Notes: a model not told the origin generated them from the sequence alone. 64,000 nucleotides of DNA from an uncultured Muribaculaceae bacterium (GCA_910583775.1 CAJTYD010000002.1:16428-80427); one strand, 5' to 3'; positions 1-10,232 are shown, numbered from the stretch's first letter. Numbers and translations: made by a program.

Positions 1-477
1 AGCCTCGAAGTCCATGAGGTCGAGCTCGAACTCGTCGAGATCGGTGTCGGCGTTGGGCTTTACGTGGAACACGCTCTTATGGTCGAAAAGGAACGAGAGC
101 GAGCCCTGGGTTCCGAGCGAGCCGCCGTGCTTGTTGAAGTAGCTGCGCACGTTGGCCACGGTGCGCTGGTTGTTGTCGGTAGCCGTCTCCACGACGATGG
201 CGATGCCATGCGGGCCGTATCCTTCGTAAACGATCTCCTTGTAGTCGCCGGCATCCTTGTCGGTGGCTTTCTTGATGGCACGCTCAACTGTGTCCTTAGG
301 CATATTGGCGGCTTTCGCATTCTGCATGAGCACGCGCAGACGCGGATTCATGTCGGGATCCGGACCGCCGGACTTGGCGGCGATGGTGATCTCCTTGCCG
401 ATACGTGTGAACGTGCGGCTCATGTTGCCCCAGCGTTTGAGCTTGCGGGCTTTTCTATATTCAAATGCTCTTCCCAT
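1..477 (-). CDS. yebC: YebC/PmpR family DNA-binding regulator (partial, runs off the left edge)
   Basis: Manual translation from ATG at 477: [48 protein letters not shown]...[28 protein letters not shown], typical YebC motifs. Confidence 0.93.
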   Translation of the reverse strand, partial: MGRAFEYRKARKLKRWGNMSRTFTRIGKEITIAAKSGGPDPDMNPRLRVLMQNAKAANMPKDTVERAIKKATDKDAGDYKEIVYEGYGPHGIAIVVETATDNNQRTVANVRSYFNKHGGSLGTQGSLSFLFDHKSVFHVKPNADTDLDEFELDLMDFEA

Positions 478-524
478 TTTATGTTGTCCTTAAGTTTAGA
501 TGCTGTTTTGATTTATCCGAGCTT

Positions 525-3011
525 TTATCTGAGTTCGGCGCCGAAAGCCTTCAGGGCTGTGATGATGCGCTGCATAGTGCTGTCGATCTGCTTGTCGGTC
601 AAGGTCTTCTCGCTGTCCTGAAGTTTCATCGACACGGCATACGATTTCTTACCTTCCGGCAGGTTCTTCCCTTCGTAGACATCGAAGAGGCGCACCTCGC
701 GGAGGAGCTTGCGCTCGGCCTTGCGGATCACGGCCTCGATGTCGGCGAACTTCACGCTCTTGTCGACAAGAAGCGCTAAGTCGCGGTCAACCTCCTGGGT
801 CTTCGGGAGCTCGGAGAAAGTGACGGTGTTCTTGACGGTGAGCTTGAAGAGCACGCTCCAGTCGATTCCGGCGTAGACCACAGGCTGCTCGATGCCGAAT
901 TTCTTAAGCAGCGAGCTTCTGACGGCGCCGATCTCGGCGATAAGCTTGCCTGAGCGGGCTGTTACGTCGAGCTTGGCGGCATAGACCTCGTCGCTCGACT
1001 GCGCGACGGTATAGGCACCCTGCGGCAGGCCGAGGCGGACGAAGATGCCGTCGACGATGCCGCGGAGGTCGTAGACGCTCGTCTCGACGGCCTTGACGTT
1101 CCAGGAGGATGCGGCCATCGCGCCGGTCATCCAGATGCCGAGCTCCGGATGCTCGCTGAAAGGTGCAAGAGGCTTCTCGGCGGTCGATTCCTTCTCGGGA
1201 TTCATCGAATAGACGTTGCCGAACTCATAGAATTTCAGGTCGGCGGCCTTTCTGTTTACGTTATGGGCGATCGATTCGAGACCTCCGAAGAGGAGCGTCT
1301 GGCGCATCAGCGAGAGGTCGCCGCTCAGTGGATTCATCACCCTGACGCTGTGGGAGAGGGGATATTTCTCCGAGTTCTCGTAATACGAGACGGCGGTCAG
1401 GGAGTTGTTCATGATCTCAGCGAATCCCTGAGCCGTGAGCTGATCGCTGACGAGCTGCTGCATGGCGTAGCTGGCATCGGTGTCTCCGCGCTGTGAGAGA
1501 CTGATGTGCATCTCCTCACCGATCTCGACGTTGTTGTAGCCGTAGACGCGGAGCACCTCCTCGACCACGTCGCAGGGGCGGTAGACGTCAACACGGTATG
1601 TAGGCACCTTGAGATGGAGCACGTCGGGGTCGTCGGTCTTCTCCACATCGAAGTCGAGGGCCTTGAGGATGCAGACAACGAGGTCGGCCGGCAGCTTCTT
1701 GCCGATAAGACTGTTGCAGTATTCGAGCGAGAAGTCGAGCTCCTTGCGACCCACGGGAGCGGCGCAGACGTCGGCCACCTCGCCGCAGATCTCGCCACCG
1801 GCGATCTCCTTGATCATCGTGGCTGCAAGCTTGGCGGCATATACCGTGATCGAGGGGTCGGCGCCGCGCTCGAAGCGGAACGAGGCGTCGGTAGAAAGGC
1901 CGTGACGGCGGGCGGTGCGGCGGATGCGCGTCGGGTTGAACCAGGCGCTCTCGATGAACACCGACTTCGTTTCGGCGGTCACACCTGAGTCGAAGCCTCC
2001 GAAGACGCCGGCGATACACATCGGGCGCTCGGCGTCGCAGATCATCAGGTCGCTTTCGTGAAGCTCATGCTCCACGCCGTCGAGAGTGACGAATTTCGTA
2101 CCCGCCGGGCATGTGCGCACCACGATCTGCTCCCCCTTAACCTTGTCGAGGTCGAAGCTGTGGAGCGGCTGTCCGAAGCCGAGAAGTATGTAGTTGGTGA
2201 TGTCGACGATATTGTTGATCGGGCGCTGTCCGGCGGCCACGAGGAGTTTCTTGAGCCATTCGGGAGATTCCCTGACCTCGACGCCGCGGATTGTCACGCC
2301 CGAATATCTCGGGCAGCCCTCCTTGTCTTCGACGCGGATCGAAACGGCGCCATCCACGCGGTCGGGGGCAAACTGCGAGACATCCGGAACGGTGACCTCG
2401 GGAAGAGCCGAAGTGGCGTTGCCCTGCCAGGCCTCGCACCACTGGCGGGCCTTCACGTCGCGGGCCACGCCGTAATGGCTGGCGCCGTCAACGCGGTTGG
2501 GGGTAAGCTCAACCTCCAGGCGGTAGTCGCTCTCGACGTTGAAATATTCAGATGCGGGGGTTCCGGCCTTGACGTCGTCGGGAAGGACCATGATTCCGGC
2601 ATGATCCGTGCCGAGGCCGAGTTCGTCTTCGGCGCATATCATGCCGAACGATTCTTTTCCACGGATTTTCGATTTCTTAATCTGGAACTCGCGGTCGCCG
2701 TCATAAAGCGTCGTGCCGACGGTGGCGACGACAACGGTCTGGCCGGCGGCAACGTTCGGAGCGCCGCAGACAATCTGGACAGGCTCGCCCTCGCCGAGAT
2801 CGACGGTAGTGACGTGAAGGTGGTCGGAATCGGGATGGTCCTCGCAGGTGAGCACCTTTCCGATAACAACGCCGCGAAGTCCGCCGCGGATGCTTTCAAC
2901 TTCTTCAACTGTGTCGCATTCCAGGCCTAACGAGGTCAGGACGGCGGCAAGTTCCTTGGGACTCAAATCAAAATCAATGAAGCGTTTGAGCCATTTATAA
3001 GATATATCCAT
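525..3011 (-). CDS. pheT: Phenylalanine--tRNA ligase beta subunit
   Basis: 828 aa; MDISYKWL start, QIVCGAPNV, ELTPNRVD, DASFRFERG, C-terminal anticodon-binding domain (RDLALLVD...LFDVYEG). Confidence 0.98.
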   Translation of the reverse strand: MDISYKWLKRFIDFDLSPKELAAVLTSLGLECDTVEEVESIRGGLRGVVIGKVLTCEDHPDSDHLHVTTVDLGEGEPVQIVCGAPNVAAGQTVVVATVGTTLYDGDREFQIKKSKIRGKESFGMICAEDELGLGTDHAGIMVLPDDVKAGTPASEYFNVESDYRLEVELTPNRVDGASHYGVARDVKARQWCEAWQGNATSALPEVTVPDVSQFAPDRVDGAVSIRVEDKEGCPRYSGVTIRGVEVRESPEWLKKLLVAAGQRPINNIVDITNYILLGFGQPLHSFDLDKVKGEQIVVRTCPAGTKFVTLDGVEHELHESDLMICDAERPMCIAGVFGGFDSGVTAETKSVFIESAWFNPTRIRRTARRHGLSTDASFRFERGADPSITVYAAKLAATMIKEIAGGEICGEVADVCAAPVGRKELDFSLEYCNSLIGKKLPADLVVCILKALDFDVEKTDDPDVLHLKVPTYRVDVYRPCDVVEEVLRVYGYNNVEIGEEMHISLSQRGDTDASYAMQQLVSDQLTAQGFAEIMNNSLTAVSYYENSEKYPLSHSVRVMNPLSGDLSLMRQTLLFGGLESIAHNVNRKAADLKFYEFGNVYSMNPEKESTAEKPLAPFSEHPELGIWMTGAMAASSWNVKAVETSVYDLRGIVDGIFVRLGLPQGAYTVAQSSDEVYAAKLDVTARSGKLIAEIGAVRSSLLKKFGIEQPVVYAGIDWSVLFKLTVKNTVTFSELPKTQEVDRDLALLVDKSVKFADIEAVIRKAERKLLREVRLFDVYEGKNLPEGKKSYAVSMKLQDSEKTLTDKQIDSTMQRIITALKAFGAELR

Positions 3012-3061
3012 ATATCGGTTTAATATTATTCTTATTTAAATTTCGCAAGTAAATTTAAATT

Positions 3062-3340
3062 GGTTTACAGTTTGGGTTTAAGGTTTAGAAAATACCATAT
3101 GTCCTGTCATCACAGTGAGGCGGTAACCTCTAAGAAACTGTTTAAATTTCTTTCGAAAATTTTATTATAAGAATTCTTTCAAGGCTTTTAAGAATCTTTT
3201 TGGCTGTTTCCGCCAAGTTTCGGCAGTCGAAACCGAAAGGTTTCTCCTTTCTCAACTTGCAAAAACATCTCAAAAATCTTCTCAAAATCCTTTGAAAATA
3301 AATTTAAACAGTTTCTAAACCCAAACTTTAAACACTAAAC
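3062..3340. repeat. Dispersed palindromic element copy A (GGTTTAGAAAATACCAT-N23-GGTAACCTCTAAACC with GGTTTA/TAAACC flanks), interrupted by the 182-bp MITE
   Basis: Same arms as the copies at 13839-13952 (inverted) and 31378-31488; the right arm is split at its TAA by the MITE. Confidence 0.8.
3134..3315. mobile_element. 182-bp MITE, copy 1
   Basis: Terminal inverted repeats GAAACTGTTTAAATTT...AAATTTAAACAGTTTC, TAA direct repeat on both sides (3131-3133, 3316-3318); near-identical inverted copy at 21963-22144. Confidence 0.92.
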
Positions 3341-3863
3341 TTCAAGTTTTCAAGTTCATTGAAACTTGCGAAACTTGAAATTCTAATCATAACCCCCGAC
3401 GATGCATCAGGGAGTGCAAGATTAACTCGCAGACAGACCCGTATCGGCCTCTGCCTGCTTCAAAATGCAAAATTAATAAAAAATTCCCACAAACTCTCTA
3501 ATTTTCTTTATGACATGACAATTATGGCCGACACCCATCTTATATCCGTTCCGACACCGGCGCACCCAGTTATATAATTCAATTTCCGCGAATTTAATAA
3601 CTCAAGTTTCGCGAGTTAATTATAATAACATTATAAACTTATTCTCAATATTTTAAATCTCACGCAAAGGCGCAAAGAAGGCAAAGTTTTTATTGCTTTC
3701 ATTCCATGCGGCTGAAAATAAAGGGCGCCAAGATGATCTGCTCAAGCAGATCTGAAGCACGCAAAGCCGGCTTCGGCATGTCGCGGCAGACTTTGCGGGC
3801 TTAAAAAGCCGAAGGCGCCGACTTGGCGTGCTTATGATTGCAGCATATATCCTGACAAGCTAA

Positions 3864-4249
3864 GAGCTTGTTCCTTAAAATTTCGAGGCCGTAGGGGTCG
3901 CAGCCTTGGAGCTGATTCGGTCATTTGCTGAAAGGAGCATACCGAGGTATGTGACTGAAAGCAAAGGGCCAAAGCCGCCCAAGGATGCGAGGCATGGGGT
4001 AATTTATCTTGCCCAACTGTCTCGATATTTTAAAAGCAAACTATAACAAATCATTTTATTTTTATTTCTTTAACAATAAGTTTTAATTATTGTTTAGAAT
4101 CGAAAGTTTAATTACCGTCGCCTCGGCGCTTTTTGGCATATTTCGCGAGAACTCATCGGTCACGAGGCTCGCATCGCTCCCTCTTCATCTCGCAAAATCT
4201 GCTCAAAAATCGCCGCCCCTACGACCTTGAAATTTTAAGGAACAAGCTC
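3864..4249. mobile_element. 386-bp non-autonomous element (MITE) with ~34-bp TIRs
   Basis: Left end GAGCTTGTTCCTTAAAATTTCGAGGCCGTAGGGG, right end CCCCTACGACCTTGAAATTTTAAGGAACAAGCTC; flanked by TAA/TAA; no transposase ORF. Confidence 0.85.
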
Positions 4250-4329
4250 TAAACCTTAGCCCTCTTTACGCCTACTATAGAACTTAATTTTGATTTGGAG
4301 ATAATGCTTTAGAATTTAGCATGTTATAA

Positions 4330-4801
4330 AATCCCGCAGAGTTGCATGAGATTCAGAGGCAATTCTTTAGGACATATAATCCGGATAATGCAACTAAAAA
4401 ACTTTGCTAAAACCCTTTGCGGGCCCTCTTGCCCCTTTGCGGGAGGTTTAAATGCCTGAACGACAATGCGATTCTAATTTACAAATTCTTTATTCTCAAC
4501 TTTTTTAATCATCCCGCAAAGAAGCAGAGGGCCCGCCGAGGTTTTACCGCAAAGACTTGTGCTTTTGAACTTTGCCTCAATTTAGAGAGGTCATCGCCGT
4601 TGGCTCTGGAGGGCGCTGAGGGCTGACGCGCAGACTGTTTGCGGCAATGCTCTGCGGCCTCTTATGCCGAAGGCGCATTCTCTAAATTGGGAATAGGCCT
4701 CAACTAAGCAGTTAGTCCTCTGCGGCTACTCTGCGGGAGATTTACCTGTTCTCTTACCTTTAAGGTAGGGGTGACAATCCTTCGACTTACTTTGCGGGAG
4801 A
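4330..4801. repeat. Cluster of REP-like TCCCGCARAG / CTYTGCGGGAG inverted motifs
   Basis: tcccgcagag ~4332, ctttgcgggag ~4435, tcccgcaaag ~4512, ctctgcgggaga ~4729, ctttgcgggaga ~4790; related acgcaaaggcgcaaag at ~3662. Confidence 0.6.
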
Positions 4802-5116
4802 TTAGTAATTATCAGAACTACATGCGGAACTTGAGTTATATTTTAACAGGTATATTATCAGGAGAGAGTTTTTTAAGAAGAGTTATTGATAAATCAATAA
4901 TTTTCCCTAAATTTGCAAATATACAGTTAAGTAAGTGTTCAAATTTAATTTATACTTAATGCGAGTTTATTTTTGAGGCGATTACGGTGCGGAGTGAAGG
5001 AGCATATAAACATATGCGACTGAGCGACAAGCCGTAAGCGGCCAAAAAGAAACCGCAGTAAGTATAAAAGATTAAAAACCACTTACTATCGTTTAAATTT
5101 GAATACTTACTTAATA

Positions 5117-5149
5117 TGCACGTATGCACGTAATTCACGTATGCACGTA
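5117..5149. repeat. Four tandem TGCACGTA-like octamers upstream of the fimbrial tip gene
   Basis: tgcacgta tgcacgta a ttcacgta tgcacgta. Confidence 0.7.
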
Positions 5150-5195
5150 AAGTAAATAAGGACAGAAATCGAAAATCAATAATCCTATCTCCGCT

Positions 5196-8100
5196 ATGAA
5201 TGCGAAATATTTTACTCCGCTCAATGCCATAACCGCGCCGGTTGTTGCAGCTCTGCTTGTGCTGGCGGCATCCTGCGTTGATGATTTCGGTTATAACAAA
5301 AACGAAGGAAAACAGATAGCTTTTAGCGTAACAGCGTCCGACAACTGGTATAACGGGATGTCGGTCGACGAAAGCGCGCCCACAAGCCGCTGCACGTCCG
5401 TGCAGCCGTTGACAGGGGGCGACACGAAGCTATATCTGCATACGGTAGTGGGTGAGAACACGACTGAGGAAGCGGGAGGTGACGACAGCCGTCTCGCAAC
5501 CCGCGGTACCCCGCTAAAGGGGATCGATGCTTTCAAAAAAGCCTACGACAAGTTTTCCTTAAGCGGCATCTGCTATCTCGGAAAATATGAGGGGAATGAA
5601 ACCGACTGGACCCCCAATTACGCATATAACCTTAATTACAGCACTGCGACCGGGAATGCCGTCGAGGGTGGCAAGCCCCTGCAATGGCCCAGAGAGGGAA
5701 AGGTCCGTTTCTTCGCTTTCGCCCCGACGGTTACTGATTTCAACGGGAAGAATACCGACGGCGTGCTGGCCCTGAGCGCCGCTAATAAAAAAGGATCCCC
5801 GACGCTTACCTACACCGTGCCTACGGATGTGGAGGAGCAGATAGACCTGATGGATACCTACACCGACGCCTCCGGCCTGACCTCTTCCTCACCGGAAGTG
5901 GAACTGAAATTCCGCCATGCGCTCACCGCCGTGCAGATAAAGTGCGACCAAAGCATGCGTTCAAGCGAGATAACCGAGGTTTCCATAAGCGGAGTCTACG
6001 GGAAGGGCGAGCACATAATCGGGACCGTTGCCTGGGAAACTATAGGTGATCCTAACGCCACATATACGATAAAAAAAACGATAACGCTTAATCCTAAACC
6101 CGGCAACGAAGGGGGCGATGGAATACATGTCTCCAACGGCACGCAGATAATAGGCAAGGAAGGCGACAACCTGACCTTCCTTTTAGTGCCGCAGAAGCTT
6201 CCTGAAGGCGCTCTACTTACCATAAAGTTCAAGGATAAGACTGCCGGGACAGAACACACCCTGACCGGCGATCTGGGCGGTGAGACCTGGGATTCCGGCA
6301 AGATAGTTACCTACACGGTTTCACCGTCGAGCGTACATATCAGAGCGGCGGTCGAGTTTGCCAAAAAAAGAATAGGATCATCCGACAAGGCTGCCGGCGA
6401 CACCATCCCTTATTCCGGCGTCTGGTATGATGCGCCCCTCAAGGCCAAGGGATATCTCACCATAGGCGACACCGAGAAGGAGTTCGCCATCCCGGCTGAT
6501 AAAATCACTGTTGAATACAGCCTCTTTAATAAGGACAGCAATAACTGGGATGAATGGGCGAAATCTCCTGAAGTTAATAATAAAGATGAAATTGAAGATA
6601 TAAACGCACTCATTAGGATTCCCGCGCAGTCTCATTATGCGGATATACAAAAAGGAGAGACTATTTCTTTTAAATCAGGCACCAACGGCAGTAAGGGAAG
6701 TCCCACATCATTGATCCGAAACGGGGAATCAGCCAACTGCTATTTAGTTGACCAGGCCGGCTATTATTCCCTGCCGCTTGTGTATGGCAACCTGTACGGC
6801 AAGTCATTGCCGGCCGGCAACGAGAACGGTCTTAATTATTACCCGAAGCACGATGACCTGGCGATGGGATCGGCTGATATCTCCGGAGTCTACGACGCTG
6901 TGCTTGTATGGCAGGATGCTCCGGATCTGATCGATCCCAAAAGCGTAAGGATCAATGAAAATAATTTAGAATTCCATATCCGCGAACTTACCCTTGCGCA
7001 GGGCAACGCAGTTGTCGCTGTCCGAAATGCCTCCCACGATATCCTCTGGAGCTGGCATATATGGGTAACGCCGTATAAGGATAAATTCTATAATGATTTA
7101 TACAACACTGTAACAGATCCCGGCGAAACTTATCAAAAAGAATATAATTTTGCGCAATATAATCTTGGCTGGTGTGACCGTCATGAGGGGAATGAGGCCC
7201 GCAAATTCAAGCTCCGGGCCATTGTCGACATGAGCGGTTACGGGGATGTCAAAGGTGAGGGTACGGCAGTAAATGGCAGCGAAGTCAAAACTACTGTAGA
7301 GCTTGGAGAATTCACGCAGATGGAATTCAAAGGCTCAAAAGCCGGCGACAACACATACTATCAGTGGGGTCGCAAGGATCCAATGCTTGGCGGTATCTAC
7401 AATGATGGAACAACACCGACTTTTAAATATCATAAAAAAGGGGGGAATACGTATGATACAGCAGAGTTTACTATGGAGAATAAGCAGGTATTCAATCAAT
7501 ATGTCAATTCGGACGAGAACTGTAATTATTCTTTCCGCAAGAATCCCGGCGACATGATTGACCTCTCTGATGAGGCATCGCATGGTGTTACGATAGGCTA
7601 CACCATAAAGCATCCCTATATGTTTATCACTAATTCATATAGTACTGATACGTATCAATTAAATGGCAAACCATATACAGATAATGTAGAATTCAGTTAC
7701 CGTAATCACTGGCATAAACCATTCAAAAATGAAAGTGGAATTCTTAATGACATTCCTTACTTGAACCATGTCAACTTGGCGCAGGAAAATCATATCATGT
7801 TCAATGCCTGGAATGTTAATGCCACAGAAATAGGTCTGCTTGTGAATAGTACCACAGAATTTAATAATAATAAAGAGACGATTATAAGAAGGAATTCCGT
7901 AGAGGTAAAAAAATCGGTCTATGACCCATGCCCTCCCGGTTTCAAGATGCCCCCGGCAAACGCATTCAGAGGCATTCCAAAAGATTTATATGGTTGCTAC
8001 AAAGGAACTGTATCTTTTGATGGGAGTAAAAGAGAATGGACCATTACAGGCAATTCGAAGACAATTAAATTCCCGGCTACCGGCGTGCGAAACTACGCGT

Positions 8101-8396
8101 TGCGTAGTAGCGAATGGTCGACAGTTCTCCCAAATGGAAACTATAACGGCGCTTATAATGGCACTTCCGGTTCATTTGATTATAACGAACTATACAAGAC
8201 GACTCTACCCGCATTCAAGGATCTAACTTATGTATCCTCCGCGACTATTGTAGACGCTACCGATTCAAAGAGTGCCTTTCAGGTTCTGTTATTCTGGATT
8301 GATGGCAGAAAAAGGACTACGGATACAGATTATCTAAAAAGTTTTGTTAGATCAAGTAATTCGTACGGACTGGCGGTACGACCGATAAAGGATTAA
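5196..8396 (+). CDS. Fimbrillin-family lipoprotein, probable type V pilus tip adhesin
   Basis: 1066 aa; lipobox LAASC; Mfa-like N-terminal domain (TRGTP, VRFFAFAP, LKFRHALTAV, FLLVPQ); ESANCYLV, ILWSWHIW, YYQWGRKDP, YDPCPPGFKMP motifs; C-terminus YGLAVRPIKD. Confidence 0.85.
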   Translation: MNAKYFTPLNAITAPVVAALLVLAASCVDDFGYNKNEGKQIAFSVTASDNWYNGMSVDESAPTSRCTSVQPLTGGDTKLYLHTVVGENTTEEAGGDDSRLATRGTPLKGIDAFKKAYDKFSLSGICYLGKYEGNETDWTPNYAYNLNYSTATGNAVEGGKPLQWPREGKVRFFAFAPTVTDFNGKNTDGVLALSAANKKGSPTLTYTVPTDVEEQIDLMDTYTDASGLTSSSPEVELKFRHALTAVQIKCDQSMRSSEITEVSISGVYGKGEHIIGTVAWETIGDPNATYTIKKTITLNPKPGNEGGDGIHVSNGTQIIGKEGDNLTFLLVPQKLPEGALLTIKFKDKTAGTEHTLTGDLGGETWDSGKIVTYTVSPSSVHIRAAVEFAKKRIGSSDKAAGDTIPYSGVWYDAPLKAKGYLTIGDTEKEFAIPADKITVEYSLFNKDSNNWDEWAKSPEVNNKDEIEDINALIRIPAQSHYADIQKGETISFKSGTNGSKGSPTSLIRNGESANCYLVDQAGYYSLPLVYGNLYGKSLPAGNENGLNYYPKHDDLAMGSADISGVYDAVLVWQDAPDLIDPKSVRINENNLEFHIRELTLAQGNAVVAVRNASHDILWSWHIWVTPYKDKFYNDLYNTVTDPGETYQKEYNFAQYNLGWCDRHEGNEARKFKLRAIVDMSGYGDVKGEGTAVNGSEVKTTVELGEFTQMEFKGSKAGDNTYYQWGRKDPMLGGIYNDGTTPTFKYHKKGGNTYDTAEFTMENKQVFNQYVNSDENCNYSFRKNPGDMIDLSDEASHGVTIGYTIKHPYMFITNSYSTDTYQLNGKPYTDNVEFSYRNHWHKPFKNESGILNDIPYLNHVNLAQENHIMFNAWNVNATEIGLLVNSTTEFNNNKETIIRRNSVEVKKSVYDPCPPGFKMPPANAFRGIPKDLYGCYKGTVSFDGSKREWTITGNSKTIKFPATGVRNYALRSSEWSTVLPNGNYNGAYNGTSGSFDYNELYKTTLPAFKDLTYVSSATIVDATDSKSAFQVLLFWIDGRKRTTDTDYLKSFVRSSNSYGLAVRPIKD

Positions 8397-8414
8397 ATAT
8401 ACATTAAACCGTAA

Positions 8415-8450
8415 AGCAAAGCCCTGGGGTTTCACACTCCGGGGCTTTGA
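8415..8450 (+). terminator. Hairpin terminator after the tip adhesin gene
   Basis: caaagccctggggt-ttcac-actccggggctttg. Confidence 0.6.
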
Positions 8451-8492
8451 AGTTTCAAAAACTTTACAACTCTTTTGCAAGCAAATATTTAA

Positions 8493-8517
8493 GAAAATAA
8501 ATTTAAACAGTTTCTTA
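8493..8517. mobile_element. Solo right end of the 182-bp MITE family
   Basis: gaaaataaatttaaacagtttc followed by TTA, identical to the right end of copy 1. Confidence 0.65.
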
Positions 8518-8569
8518 GAGTTTATTTCTTTGTATCAAATGTATATATCACTTGCATTCTGTGATTTGT

Positions 8570-8900
8570 ATCCGCGACCGCACCGCGGTCGTAATTCACA
8601 CCCGGGGCTACCATCCGTGACCCCTGCCGGGGTCAACCCTCCGGCCACGTTGTTGTTTTCATTAATACACCTCCACTAAAAATATAAGGTCTACAGACAA
8701 AATATAGGGGTTACAGACAAAAATATACGGGTTACAGATAAAAATATACGGGTTACGGGGATAACCCAACGATCAGAGAATAAGATCGACCGCGGGGCGG
8801 TCGCACATTATAGCCCCGGGTCAAATCGGCACACCGATTTGACCCGGGGATGAAGTTCACGAAACCAAACGACCGCGGGGCGGTCGCGGATTATAGCCAC
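8570..8900. repeat. REP-like palindrome cluster enclosing four ~20-21-bp tandem repeats
   Basis: atccgcgaccgcaccgcggtcgt (8570-8592) inverted to acgaccgcggggcggtcgcggat (8869-8891), third copy ~8788; hairpin ccccgggtcaaatcgg-caca-ccgatttgacccgggg; aaaatata(a/g/c)gg(t/g)(c/t)tacaga-type unit x4 at ~8678-8760. Confidence 0.8.
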
Positions 8901-8927
8901 ACGGGCAACAGATGCAACTGATAAAAC

Positions 8928-10232
8928 TTATTTCATCGGAAATTCCTTGCCGATCTCGCTGCCGTTTTTCCAGGCATCAGCCCATTCCTCAACCGTTACA
9001 GTAAAGTTGATGGGGTTGTCGAGCACCGGATCGCCTATCCCCTTTGCCGGTTTAACTGTCGGTATCGTCTTAATATATTTTCCGCTGCCGTCAGGGAGAT
9101 TGAATGTCATCAGATCGCCTGTAGGAGGATATACGCCGGCACCTGAAGTCGCGCCGCAGAACTGAAGATTGTAGACATATTTCTTGCCCGGCTTCCACTC
9201 ATCGTTTATAGGCACGCAAGTGTAGCCATATTCTCCGTCGTCAAACTTCCCGGTATAGGGGAAAAGCTGATGATAATGTTTGTTGTTTTCAGCATCAACC
9301 TTAACCGGATCGTTGCTACCGGGATGTTGCGCTCCTTCATGTACAGCTTCCACACGACAAAGCAGAAGGATATAAGCGCCGTGCTTAGCATTTGTCGACT
9401 TGTCAGTGTTGTCATTCAGATTCCATGTGTCGAGCTGTTGGGGGACAAGCATGAGGTTTGAGCTGTTCTTTTCAACCGACAAAAGATCCTGCAACGTATG
9501 CGAAAGCTTCATCGGCTCGGTGCCGGTGAATTCACGCCCGTATATCGTCTTGTCGCCTATAGCCTTCCAGAGCATATGTTTCTCAGGGATAAATACATCG
9601 GACGCATCAGTCGAGGCGTCATCAGTTACATCAACCGTCGTGCCTTCAGGAACAAACGACAGATTTCCCGACGGTTTCACATTAACAATCCACGCGCCCT
9701 TTATCATGACCGATTTCGTTTCGTCGCCATCGACGCCCGCTTTTGCGCGGACAACAATCTGAGACAAAGCGTGATGGAAATTTATATTGACATTCGTACC
9801 GTCGCCCCTCATAGCTTTGGTATAAGCGGTGATCAGGTCGACCTGATTCTCTGCATCAGCCGCCGGAGTGAAACCCGGGATCTGAGGCTTGAGATCGGAT
9901 GTCTCGACCTTGACATCTGTAGGAGACACTGCCCAGAACTGAATGGAAGCCACCTCCGAAGGCCAGAAAATGGCATGGCCGAGAGAGAAATAATTGGCAT
10001 TTGCCGGCTTTGTGGCTTTCTCGCCATTGATGAAAAGCTGTTTATATCCCTCCGCGTCTGCCCAGATATTGAACTCCGAGAGCTTGTCGGTGGTCATTTC
10101 TGCAGCTCGGGTGGAGACACTGGTATTGAAGGTGATCTCGTTGCCCAGATTTATCTTTTCAATCTCATCGTTGGAGCATGCAGTGACCAACGCCATGGCC
10201 GTCAGTCCGAATGTTGCGAGTTTGAGATTCAT
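8928..10232 (-). CDS. Fimbrillin-family major pilin (Mfa1/FimA-like) lipoprotein
   Basis: 434 aa; lipobox LVTAC, STRA processing site, NFHHALSQI, LMLVPQ, WKPGKKYVYNL, C-terminal PINFTVTVEEW strand. Confidence 0.88.
   Translation of the reverse strand: MNLKLATFGLTAMALVTACSNDEIEKINLGNEITFNTSVSTRAAEMTTDKLSEFNIWADAEGYKQLFINGEKATKPANANYFSLGHAIFWPSEVASIQFWAVSPTDVKVETSDLKPQIPGFTPAADAENQVDLITAYTKAMRGDGTNVNINFHHALSQIVVRAKAGVDGDETKSVMIKGAWIVNVKPSGNLSFVPEGTTVDVTDDASTDASDVFIPEKHMLWKAIGDKTIYGREFTGTEPMKLSHTLQDLLSVEKNSSNLMLVPQQLDTWNLNDNTDKSTNAKHGAYILLLCRVEAVHEGAQHPGSNDPVKVDAENNKHYHQLFPYTGKFDDGEYGYTCVPINDEWKPGKKYVYNLQFCGATSGAGVYPPTGDLMTFNLPDGSGKYIKTIPTVKPAKGIGDPVLDNPINFTVTVEEWADAWKNGSEIGKEFPMK

Noticed and set aside
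4417..5138. Short ORFs of 60-70 aa in the pheT-pilus intergenic region
   Set aside because: They have no recognisable motifs and overlap repeat elements or AT-rich promoter DNA.
8678..8760. Four ~21-bp direct repeats as a CRISPR array or plasmid iterons
   Set aside because: The repeats are contiguous without spacers and no rep or cas gene is nearby.
5196..8900. Complete diversity-generating retroelement
   Set aside because: No reverse transcriptase, accessory gene or template repeat is detectable in the window.
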